Shown piece after piece: positions 10,301 through 18,120 of a DNA stretch of 37,524 nt; position 1 is the first letter of the stretch, and each line of letters begins with the position of its first letter. Position numbers and translations under genes: made by a program. Under the pieces are notes generated by a model that did not search any database, was not told the DNA's origin, and was given only the letters and a program-made list of their open reading frames with translations. The DNA comes from Gammaproteobacteria bacterium (lineage in GTDB: Bacteria > Pseudomonadota > Gammaproteobacteria > GCA-001735895). The DNA lies in NCBI GenBank assembly GCA_041821565.1, contig JBGUEB010000002.1, forward strand, positions 1-37,524, read 5' to 3'.

Positions 10301-10930
10301 AATAGCTGGTTCGTACTCAGCCTGGAGACTGGCCAGAGCCACAAGTAAAGTTGGCAGGCTGCCCAGACAGGACTGAAACAAATGCCAGTCGACCCGGTTA
10401 AGCGTATAACTTTGCCGTCGCCACCAGTCTTTTACTGCGCTTTCCCTTAAGACCAGATCATCATTCAGCAAAGTGGCATCGAAGGGCTGTCCACTGGAGA
10501 GGGCATGATCGGTCAAGGCGCGTTGACAGAACCCATGGATGGTAAAAATCGCAGCCTCGTCCATGCAGCGAAGAGCGAGCTGCAAACGTTTAACCTGTTG
10601 TTGTTGAGTCCCGGTATCAAGTTTCTGCCATAACGTCAGCAGTGACGACAGAAATTCATCACTGCTTTGTGCCTGTAAACTTAGCAATTGCAGGGCATCG
10701 TGAATACGACTGTGTATACGACCCCTTAACTCCTCGGTAGCGGCGTTGGTGAAAGTGACTACCAGAATTTCAGCAGGACTTCGACCTTCAAATATATGTC
10801 GTAGGTAAAGATTGGTAATGGTGTAGGTTTTGCCGGTACCGGCGCTGGCCTCAATGAGTTTGACCCCATTAAGCGGCAGCTTCAGGGTTAACCCGGCGTC
10901 GAGCGTCGCTGGTGAAGCCGGACTACTCAT
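7322..10930 (-). CDS. recB: Exodeoxyribonuclease V beta subunit RecB
   Basis: 1202 aa. The UvrD-like helicase part carries ASAGTGKTYTI, IDEFQDTD and GDPKQAIYSFRGGD. The C-terminal PD-(D/E)xK nuclease motif is GVIDLVFEHQGKYYLADYKSN. Confidence 0.95.
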   Translation of the reverse strand: MSSPASPATLDAGLTLKLPLNGVKLIEASAGTGKTYTITNLYLRHIFEGRSPAEILVVTFTNAATEELRGRIHSRIHDALQLLSLQAQSSDEFLSSLLTLWQKLDTGTQQQQVKRLQLALRCMDEAAIFTIHGFCQRALTDHALSSGQPFDATLLNDDLVLRESAVKDWWRRQSYTLNRVDWHLFQSCLGSLPTLLVALASLQAEYEPAILPDITEDLAALFQSWQQFEGQLAGLAADWQDNKEEVQELLLNSKALGRNKKLPYHKDNLFAYFELCDNYFKSDRLLVIPDSLHYLGSTSLLHESTPAKRGSDPELEAGFFVRAQRILDDIDALKSRFRVRALLEASSFAREQVRSIKQQSRSIAFQDQLSLLYEALNGATGQELGQQLRGRFPVAMIDEFQDTDAIQYGIFKNLYLHHENTSLTLIGDPKQAIYSFRGGDIYTYIKAKQEPSVEHYSLLTNWRSEASLVNAVNKFFTHRPAPFIYADSIDYLPVAPASNKQPQPLLLDGSTVTPLTIWSIPQNQHGKNESKKQVYRWINEATANEIARLIAGGRDNSITLGSRPLVSGDIAILVRTAMEGNNLRTALSARGIPAVTIGRDKVFESVEAQGLYDLLLAINQFSDRQLLRTSMASPLLNLDYLQIARISDDESAWQDWCEKIRYLHQVWLQKGFIAMFQQLLQVLEIAERIAGSEFAERSLTNLLHLAELCQQQSRVSAGFDSLLAWYRDQVDEPATDASEIRLESDEDLVKIVTIHKAKGLEYSVVFAPFLWTCRPVDVKPDSILRFHDAQYNPVIDLGSDQHAQHSFIAEKERLAEDIRLAYVAITRARARVYLAWGDVGDGKMSGRPAKTALGYLLHARQNPHDLDSSLPWAFDGADDIARDLNALVEASEGSIEIIPLPQTADGQNIDAAGELVPILEAASFNAVLANNWRISSFSGLTRDIHQTAHGGSARVGEDLILDFPAGSHVGLLLHEVLEQLDFQQNIQSQCADLLPRMAPRFGLDSNEYTNTLSGWMETLMLCPLNDAGLTLSALSVKQRLNELAFDFALDELDIARLNTFFQGLAGPALAPVTVNNFRGLITGVIDLVFEHQGKYYLADYKSNFLGASLQDYTFDKLQAAIYDRRYDLQYLLYAVALHRYLTQRLPNYRYEQHFGGVYYLFIRAMRPRHGNRYGVFFDLPDYDDLHELDLLMSTSAAKRGEQ

Positions 10931-13900
10931 GTATTAATCACCGATTCAAGCGCCCCGGCGTAAAGACGTTGGGCACAGGCTTCAAATTCAGGGCTCAAAA
11001 AAGGCTCCGGCTTGCTGCCGCGCATTGCCAGTTTGACGTAAGGATTATCCCGGTCACCCGGAAAGCCGCGATAGTCATCCCCGTGCCAGGCCCGGTTCGC
11101 AGCCTTCACTGCTTTGTCGGCATCGTTCTCGTTGGCCCAGGCGTAGCTGGTCAGCGGAAACACCGGTAACGGGTAAGTCATACCTTCGTGATAGAGGTTG
11201 ATATAATCGAGTAATTGCCTGGCGGCGTCGCTGCGGTCGAGAGCAGCGAAGCGTGAGCCATGGTCACGGCTGATCAACAGGCTCGAGTCCTGATCATTGA
11301 GTTGGCCGCTTGCGCAAAGTGCGAGGTGGTCGATCCACAGGGCGAGCAAGTGTTTCCCTTTTAATGCGCTGCTGTTGAAGTGCATTAGTCCTTTGCCCGG
11401 GTAGTAGTGGCCAGGCTGTCCTATTAAGCGATAATCGTTTTCGAGCTGGCAGTCGATTACAGGGGAGATACTGACAACACCGGCGTATTCCCGAAGCGGC
11501 GCTAACAAGTCTACCAGTTCGGTTTGAATGTCTTCAAAGCTGGCCATTGCGGCATGGCCGTGGGGCAGCCAGCCTTCGGCGCGTAATAACCCTGGCGTTG
11601 TTTCATGACCCTGGAGTAAATCAACCGCAATACGTTGTTTTATGTTCCATTTAGCGAGCGCATCGAGGTTAAATGGTTCTTCGTCTTCATCATCAAATTG
11701 TGAGCCTGGCCAGAGTTTGAGTCTTTTATTAAAAAAGAATTTTAACGGATCGATTAAGAAACCACGCAGTTCGTCGAGTTTGATAACGCGCTCTTCCCTG
11801 GGGTTTCCGTCGAGTGGCTGGTTTGGCCAGTGCAAGTTGCCCGCGGGCGGAATGGCCTGGCGAATACGATTGGCAACCTCGCACCAGTAACTGTCGTAAC
11901 TACGGGCTTGCGGGTAATAATTATTTGCTGAAAATGCCTGCATTGGATGCAAGGTGGTCAGGCGCTGGGAGAGGCTTTGACTAGCATCCGGGTCTTGCCG
12001 GCATTCATCATCTACAAAGTCGAGTAACTCTCGCAACAGCACCGAAGGCTGGCATTCGCTGTTGTCTTTCAGGCTTCGGCCGCTATAACTGATATACAAC
12101 GACTGGCGCGTGCACAACAGGGTTTCAAGCATCAGGTATCGATCCTGGTCTCCCCTTGTCGGGTCGCCCGGACGCCAGTTTCCCGCCATTCGATCAAACT
12201 CGATGTGATTTTCACGGCGTGGAAAGGCGCTGTCATTCATACCCAGCAGACAAATCACGCGAAACGGCAGGCTGCGCATGGGACGCATACCACAGAAAGT
12301 AATGCCCCCGGAGAATAAGCGCCCGTGCAATTCCTGGCTGGAAAGTTGCAAATCCATCCAGTGCAGCAATAAAGCCGGCGAGATGGTCGCTTTTTTTGCC
12401 AGGGTGAGGTCGTTTATGGCGTCACGAATCTGTTGTAGTCGCCCTTCCTGCCGGCCTGTTTCCTTAAAGAAATTGTCAAGCATGCGATTCAGACGGCCTT
12501 GCCACTCGTCGGCGCTGCAGGCTGTGCCGAGATGCTCACGCCAGTATTGCAGGCATTCAAACAATAACCAGAATTTACCCAGGCTCTGAGCACGATTGCC
12601 ATCGACATCGGCTATCGGTGCTATCCCATGCCAGAATTCGACTTCAGCAAAAGCATAGCCCGAAAATATCCGCTGTTTTGCCTGGTGCCAGGTGTTTTCC
12701 TCGATTGCCGGGAGTCCGAGCGCAGTTTTGTGGTCCCGGTCGATACCCCAGCGCACACGGGATACTTCCAGAATGGCATGAATATCATCGAGGGCCCGGC
12801 CGTCGATATCGAAGCGATTGAGAATCTCATCGATATCGAGATAAGCCATTATCTCGGAATGGGAAAAACGACTGTCTGATAATTTGAGCAGCTGCAGAAA
12901 AGTCTTTACCAGCGGGTGCTCATCGGCGAGCGCGATATCCGACAGGTTCCACGGCAGGGTCGGACGCCTTTCGTCAGACCGAAACACGGCCTCGATATAA
13001 GGGGCATAACCGCTGATTTCGGGAATCATCACGAGGATGTCTTCGGGTTGCAGGCTCGGGTCCCGGTCAATCATCGCCAGTAGTTGGTCGTGAAGTACCT
13101 GGCATTCGCGCATCGGGCTATGACAGATGTGAACAGAGAGCGAATCATCGACGTCTACGGCCTCCGTGTTCGAATCGAGCTCAAAAATAGACTGCTGGAT
13201 GCCCTGCAAGAGACTAGAGTTCCCCGGCGGTTGATAAGATTCCCAGTCGCTCGCTGGTAAGCCGTCGTTGTCGAGTAATAAATCCTGCAGCGCCTGCCCC
13301 TGACGCCCCCAGGAGGCCAGCAGGTCGTTGCCGATATCGAAATACTCGGCCTGTTGTGGATTATCCAGCCGTATTCGCGATAGTGATTTCTTGTTTCGGA
13401 GATCGGCCCAATACTGGTCGGTGGGGCTGTGCTGATAGAGCGTGATTTCAGTATGTGCCGCGAGCGCATGGAGCACTTCGATCAGTAACGGAGGCAGACT
13501 GGAAAGTGCAAACAGGCTAATGCGGCCGGGCAGCAGGCCTGCATCTAAACTGGAATTAAGACGCTCGATAAGCTTGCCAAGCACAACCACCCGATGGTTT
13601 TGCGGCGCATCGGCAATCAAGGCACGCCATAATTCAGCTTGCCAGTCATCGCCACCGCCTGCCGACCAGTCGCGAATTAATTCGGGCCGATAAAGCTGGT
13701 AGCGATCAAAAACAGCGGCGATTCGATTGGCCAGTTGCCAGCGCTTAACAGACTGTTCGTCTTCCCGCAGGTAGTGTTGAAGGGGAGCGAATGCCGGGCC
13801 AGTCAGCATGTCTGGTAACAAATTGAAAATTTTCCAGCCCGTCTGTTCGCTCTGCAACGGATCCTGCAGGGGCACCTGGTCCAGTATCGACGCCGCCATT

Positions 13901-14115
13901 TGCCAGACCCAGCTAGCCGGTAATGGGTAGCTGATATTAGCCGCGATACCTTTTTGTCGGGCAATTTGCAGGTTAAGCCAACGCGCCATAGCATAGGTCG
14001 GCACTACGATGATTTCCTCTGCAAACGGGTTAGCAGGCAAGCTTTCACCTAAACGCTGGCACAAATTTTCCTGCAGTGTCTCAACTCGATTGGAACTAAG
14101 GATGGATAATGCCAT
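10927..14115 (-). CDS. recC: Exodeoxyribonuclease V gamma subunit RecC
   Basis: 1062 aa with a RecC-type N-terminus (ILSSNRVETLQENL). It is the first gene of the recC-recB-recD array and overlaps recB by ATGA at 10927-10930. Confidence 0.9.
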   Translation of the reverse strand: MALSILSSNRVETLQENLCQRLGESLPANPFAEEIIVVPTYAMARWLNLQIARQKGIAANISYPLPASWVWQMAASILDQVPLQDPLQSEQTGWKIFNLLPDMLTGPAFAPLQHYLREDEQSVKRWQLANRIAAVFDRYQLYRPELIRDWSAGGGDDWQAELWRALIADAPQNHRVVVLGKLIERLNSSLDAGLLPGRISLFALSSLPPLLIEVLHALAAHTEITLYQHSPTDQYWADLRNKKSLSRIRLDNPQQAEYFDIGNDLLASWGRQGQALQDLLLDNDGLPASDWESYQPPGNSSLLQGIQQSIFELDSNTEAVDVDDSLSVHICHSPMRECQVLHDQLLAMIDRDPSLQPEDILVMIPEISGYAPYIEAVFRSDERRPTLPWNLSDIALADEHPLVKTFLQLLKLSDSRFSHSEIMAYLDIDEILNRFDIDGRALDDIHAILEVSRVRWGIDRDHKTALGLPAIEENTWHQAKQRIFSGYAFAEVEFWHGIAPIADVDGNRAQSLGKFWLLFECLQYWREHLGTACSADEWQGRLNRMLDNFFKETGRQEGRLQQIRDAINDLTLAKKATISPALLLHWMDLQLSSQELHGRLFSGGITFCGMRPMRSLPFRVICLLGMNDSAFPRRENHIEFDRMAGNWRPGDPTRGDQDRYLMLETLLCTRQSLYISYSGRSLKDNSECQPSVLLRELLDFVDDECRQDPDASQSLSQRLTTLHPMQAFSANNYYPQARSYDSYWCEVANRIRQAIPPAGNLHWPNQPLDGNPREERVIKLDELRGFLIDPLKFFFNKRLKLWPGSQFDDEDEEPFNLDALAKWNIKQRIAVDLLQGHETTPGLLRAEGWLPHGHAAMASFEDIQTELVDLLAPLREYAGVVSISPVIDCQLENDYRLIGQPGHYYPGKGLMHFNSSALKGKHLLALWIDHLALCASGQLNDQDSSLLISRDHGSRFAALDRSDAARQLLDYINLYHEGMTYPLPVFPLTSYAWANENDADKAVKAANRAWHGDDYRGFPGDRDNPYVKLAMRGSKPEPFLSPEFEACAQRLYAGALESVINT

Positions 14116-14311
14116 TCCGTACGGTATTTTCCCTTGAGTGACCAGGTTTTATTGCGGTTCGTTATTATAAACATAACCTGGCTCAGTAGATGAGCCGGGT
14201 AGCGCCAATATTTTCCCAATATCGTGGATGATTATTCGATAATCAATTATGATTAGTTTACTAAACATTGGTCAGTATTAGTTCTATACTCGGTTTTTTG
14301 CCATCACTACC

Positions 14312-15205
14312 ATGAACAAACCTCCCGAGAATGGTGATCGTCGAACATTCGACGATACCGAGTATATTTATTATTACGATTACTGGATTCGCTATTACGC
14401 GCCACTGGAAGATTCACTGGCGAATCGTAAACGTTTGATCGATAGCCTTACCCGCCGCGCATTCCATCATACCGAGGCCGGAATTAATACCCCGGGACGC
14501 AGCCTTGAACAGGCACGTGCTGCCTACCAGGCACAAACCAACCCTGAACGTAAGCGGGTCAACGCGGCAATGCTTGCCGGTTCCTTGTTTAACCGGGCAA
14601 CCGACTTATTTACCTCGATTGTTGATCTTGCCGAACTCGGCGTCAAGGTGAGCAAGAGCAATGAACTAATGCGTGAATGTAGCGACTGCTTTCGGGAAGC
14701 ACTGGCCCTGGGCCAGCAAGTCAGACATCACAGTGGCTGTGAAGGTATCGATGAAATCTGGGGTGAGCCTTTTAAGGCCTTCACCATGTCACCGGCCGAA
14801 TTCTATGAATCGCGATTCATCAAGATTGCGCAGAGCATGCGTGATATCGACAGGGTCGGGGCTTGCATGATCGAGACCTTCGGCGCCAGCAGCTTTTTTA
14901 CTGGTGTGAGCGATTCGATCCTGGCCTATACCGCAGTCGCCAAGCGGGTTTCAGATACGATGAAGAAAGACCCAATTATTTTTCAGATCTGGCCTGAGTT
15001 CGTAGCCCTGGCGGAAGAGATCGACGGCTATGTCCCAAAGTTGCCAGAAGATGCGGAGCAAATAATACAGATGAAGACCGGGCAAGGCATGGCCCTACTT
15101 CGCGAGGGAAAACGCCAGATCGGCTATATTGCCGGTGCGCGTGTACCCATGCCGTCGAGCACGGAGCGATACATTGAAAAATGTAAGCAGTACCAGGCCC
15201 CCTGA
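14312..15205 (+). CDS. Hypothetical protein (297 aa, no recognisable domain)
   Basis: Long uninterrupted ORF with no competing frame. I see no signal peptide or TM segment. It is probably cytoplasmic and helix-rich, and contains a CSDC pair and several His/Cys residues. I cannot assign a family from the sequence. Confidence 0.65.
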   Translation: MNKPPENGDRRTFDDTEYIYYYDYWIRYYAPLEDSLANRKRLIDSLTRRAFHHTEAGINTPGRSLEQARAAYQAQTNPERKRVNAAMLAGSLFNRATDLFTSIVDLAELGVKVSKSNELMRECSDCFREALALGQQVRHHSGCEGIDEIWGEPFKAFTMSPAEFYESRFIKIAQSMRDIDRVGACMIETFGASSFFTGVSDSILAYTAVAKRVSDTMKKDPIIFQIWPEFVALAEEIDGYVPKLPEDAEQIIQMKTGQGMALLREGKRQIGYIAGARVPMPSSTERYIEKCKQYQAP

Positions 15206-15355
15206 TTATAAATATATTAAGCTAACGGAATAATTTATGGCGAAAAACAAAGATCGAAGCAATCCGAATATCCACAAACTCTGGCCAACGACTATCTTGC
15301 CGAAGCGCTTTGCCCACCATGCTCGCTACGATTCCCTAAATCCGACAGACTACTA

Positions 15356-15384
15356 GACGAAACCAGCTAGATACCGGTTTCGTC
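15356..15384. terminator. Hairpin between the convergent hypothetical gene and mmsA
   Basis: 9-bp perfect stem gacgaaacc/ggtttcgtc with an 11-nt loop, 12 nt beyond the mmsA stop. No U-tract. Confidence 0.3.
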
Positions 15385-15396
15385 GAATATAGTGAT

Positions 15397-16923
15397 TTAT
15401 TTCAGAACCGGCATTGAAAACTCGGCGGCCAGGCCTTTTTCCTGCCAGCGTGAGGTCACGGTTTTTACCTTGGTGTAAAAACGCATTGCTTCCATACCAT
15501 ACTGGTTGTGATCGCCAAACGCCGATGATTTCCAGCCGCCGAAACTGTGGAAGGCCAGCGGTACCGGAATCGGCACGTTGATACCGACCATGCCGACTTC
15601 GACCTTGTCGGCGAAAGTGCGCGCAGCGGCGCCATTTTTGGTGAAGATCGAAGTGCCGTTTCCATAAGGATGATCAGTCGCCAGCGCCATTCCTTCTTCG
15701 AATGAAGCCGAACGCATGATCTGCAATACCGGGCCAAAGATTTCTTCCTGGTAAGACTGCATATCGGGCTTTACCTGGTCGATCAGTGAACCGCCAAGAA
15801 AGTAACCATTCTCGTGTCCTTCGCAGACGAAATCACGACCGTCGACAACCAGCTTCGAACCCTCGTCCTCGGCCATCTGGATATAGCCCATCACTTTTTC
15901 ACGGTGTTCCCTGGTCACCAGTGGCCCCATTTCGAGACCGGTGTCGAGACTGGTTCCGATTCGCAAGGCTTCGACGCGAGGCTTGAGGATATCGATTAAA
16001 TTATCCGCAACCTCGTCGCCGACACAGACACCAACAGAGATCGCCATGCAGCGTTCGCCGGCCGAACCGTAAGCGGCACCCATGAGGGCATTGGCAACGT
16101 CTTCGAGATCAGCGTCGGGCAGGATCAACATATGGTTCTTGGCACCGCCCATGGCCTGGCAACGCTTGCCGTTGGCCGTTGCCGTGGCGTAAACGTACCT
16201 TGCAATCGCTGTCGAGCCAACAAAGCTAATGGCCTTGATTCTTTCATCGTTGAGCAGGGTATCGACGGCTTCCTTGTCACCGTTGATAACATTGAAGACA
16301 CCGGGCGGACCGCCGGCCTCGATAAACAGTTCGGCCATGCGTAAAGGGCAGGATGGATCTTTTTCAGACGGTTTTAATACGATGCAATTACCGGTAACAA
16401 TCGCCATGCCAGCCATCCATAGAGGGATCATTGCCGGGAAATTAAAAGGCGTGATGCCAGCGACTACACCCAGTGGCTTGCGCATCGAGTAGATATCAAT
16501 ACCACGCGCAACATTGTCGGAAAATTCGCCTTTTTGCTGATGGGGTGCACCACAGGCAAATTCCGCTACTTCGATTCCGCGTAACACCGAACCCATCGCA
16601 TCTTCTATGACCTTGCCGTGCTCTTTCGAAACCAGGGTAGCCAGTTCATGTTGGTGTTCGTATAGCAGGTGAACAAACTTGGTCATCACGCGTGAACGTT
16701 GCAATACTGAAGTCGCTGCCCAGCCCGGGAAAGCCTGTTCGGCAGACGCGATAGCGACTTCGACTTCAGACTTTGAAGCAAGTGGCACCTCAGACGATTT
16801 AACGCCCAGACTTGGATTAAAAATATCGCCAAATCTGCCGCTGTTACCGGGAACTCTCTCGCCGTTAACAAAATGAAACAATTGACTGATCTCTGTTGAT
16901 ACAACTTCTGCTGGCTGGCTCAT
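15397..16923 (-). CDS. mmsA: CoA-acylating methylmalonate/malonate-semialdehyde dehydrogenase
   Basis: 508 aa, aldehyde dehydrogenase superfamily. The catalytic-Cys context is GERCMAIS and the N-terminus is HFVNGERV. Length and overall pattern are typical of MmsA/IolA-type enzymes. Confidence 0.85.
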   Translation of the reverse strand: MSQPAEVVSTEISQLFHFVNGERVPGNSGRFGDIFNPSLGVKSSEVPLASKSEVEVAIASAEQAFPGWAATSVLQRSRVMTKFVHLLYEHQHELATLVSKEHGKVIEDAMGSVLRGIEVAEFACGAPHQQKGEFSDNVARGIDIYSMRKPLGVVAGITPFNFPAMIPLWMAGMAIVTGNCIVLKPSEKDPSCPLRMAELFIEAGGPPGVFNVINGDKEAVDTLLNDERIKAISFVGSTAIARYVYATATANGKRCQAMGGAKNHMLILPDADLEDVANALMGAAYGSAGERCMAISVGVCVGDEVADNLIDILKPRVEALRIGTSLDTGLEMGPLVTREHREKVMGYIQMAEDEGSKLVVDGRDFVCEGHENGYFLGGSLIDQVKPDMQSYQEEIFGPVLQIMRSASFEEGMALATDHPYGNGTSIFTKNGAAARTFADKVEVGMVGINVPIPVPLAFHSFGGWKSSAFGDHNQYGMEAMRFYTKVKTVTSRWQEKGLAAEFSMPVLK

Positions 16924-16972
16924 AACGGCTCCGCGGTAGATGGTTCTTGAATTAGGGGCGATAGTATATTAA

Positions 16973-17006
16973 AGATATTTCTGCATATCTATAGTGGATA
17001 ATCCAC
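16973..17006. promoter_or_regulatory. Two dyad symmetries upstream of mmsA (candidate LysR-type operator)
   Basis: agatat-N6-atatct lies at 16973-16990 and gtggat-a-atccac at 16994-17006, about 50-85 nt upstream of the mmsA ATG. They face the divergent LysR gene. The call rests on sequence symmetry only. Confidence 0.25.
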
Positions 17007-17055
17007 ACCCAATCTGCAAAAATACACTGTAATTTTATCTCCAGAACATGGTTAA

Positions 17056-17192
17056 CCCCTTCTCCCTCAGGGAGAAGGCAGGGATGAGGGGGCAATGTCA
17101 GGCGAAGCCAGAATCGAATCATGGTCGATGGATTAATAAAACCCTCACCCCAACCCTCGCGAGACGTCGCACCGCCCAGAGGGAGAGGGAGT
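17056..17192. repeat. REP/BIME-like composite palindromic element
   Basis: Unit a is the hairpin ccttctccc-tca-gggagaagg (17058-17078) plus cagggatgaggggg. Unit b (17143-17190) matches 23629-23676 at 46 of 48 nt. The G-rich arm of unit a is imperfectly complementary to the C-rich arm of unit b. When translated, the element produces the spurious SLREKAGMRG-type ORFs typical of REP elements. Confidence 0.7.
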
Positions 17193-17229
17193 TCGACAAA
17201 CATCTAAATTTAAAAAATTCAGGAAATTT

Positions 17230-18120
17230 ATGTACGACTGGAACGACCTACGCTATTTTCTCGAGCTTTCCCGCCAGGGCAAGCTGGTGCGAGCGGCCGC
17301 TCGCCTGCAGGTTGACCATACTACCGTGAGCCGGCGCATAGGCGCGCTCGAAAAGCAGTTAGACGTACGCCTGTTCGACAAGTCACCGCGCGGTTACCAG
17401 TTAACCGATGCCGGTTTACGCCTGCTGCCAATGGCAGAAAAGATCGAGACCCAGTCTCTCGAGTTGTACCAGGATATTTCCGGTAAAGATGCCCGTTTGA
17501 GCGGCACCGTGAGGGTTGCTACACCCGAGGCGCTGGGATCGCAGGTTATCGCAAAACATGTGACCGAGTTTCGCAACGAACACCCGGATATCGAAATAGA
17601 ACTGGTTGCAGAAACCCGTCGCATGAGTTTGTCAAAACGAGAAGCAGACATATCGATCAACTTCGCCCGGCCGGAGAGTGGTCGCCTGATTAGCTGGAAA
17701 CTCTGCGATTACCGCCTGAAACTATACGGCGCACGCGATTATCTGGATAAGAACCCGCCGATCAATAGCCAGGATGACCTCGCTCAGCATCATTTTGTCA
17801 GTTACATCGACGACCTGATCGAAATGCCCGAACTACGTTTCTTCGAAAACACGATCAAAAATGCGCACGTGGTATTTCGGAGCACCAATGTCAGCGCACA
17901 GTTCAATGCCATACTCGATGGTATCGGCCTCGGCATGGTGCATTGCTTTATGGCACAAAATGAAGACCGGTTGATACCGGTATTGTCTGATCAAATATCG
18001 GTGGACCGTACTTACTGGCTGTTAGTGCATGAAGATTTGCGAAATGTCGCACGGGTCGATGTAGTATGTCGATTTTTAACCCAGCTACTACGCGGCAATA
18101 AAAATTTAATGATGGGCTAA
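17230..18120 (+). CDS. LysR-family transcriptional regulator
   Basis: 296 aa. The N-terminal wHTH reads LRYFLELSRQGKLVRAAARLQVDHTTVSRRIGALE, followed by a LysR substrate-binding domain. It is divergent from mmsA. Confidence 0.9.
   Translation: MYDWNDLRYFLELSRQGKLVRAAARLQVDHTTVSRRIGALEKQLDVRLFDKSPRGYQLTDAGLRLLPMAEKIETQSLELYQDISGKDARLSGTVRVATPEALGSQVIAKHVTEFRNEHPDIEIELVAETRRMSLSKREADISINFARPESGRLISWKLCDYRLKLYGARDYLDKNPPINSQDDLAQHHFVSYIDDLIEMPELRFFENTIKNAHVVFRSTNVSAQFNAILDGIGLGMVHCFMAQNEDRLIPVLSDQISVDRTYWLLVHEDLRNVARVDVVCRFLTQLLRGNKNLMMG

Noticed and set aside
5496-15205. The idea that the recBCD neighbourhood is a defence or anti-defence island
   Set aside because: The flanking genes are dsbA and mmsA, both core metabolism. 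I see no nuclease, methylase, abortive-infection, integrase or phage genes. The only unknown is the single orphan ORF, which I report separately as speculative.
16952-17329. ORFs of 83 aa (minus strand) and 93 aa (plus strand) spanning the mmsA-LysR intergenic region
   Set aside because: They are translations of the REP/BIME element (the SLREKAGMRG and PLPLGGATSREGWGEG type peptides). The plus-strand ORF also runs out of frame into the LysR gene.
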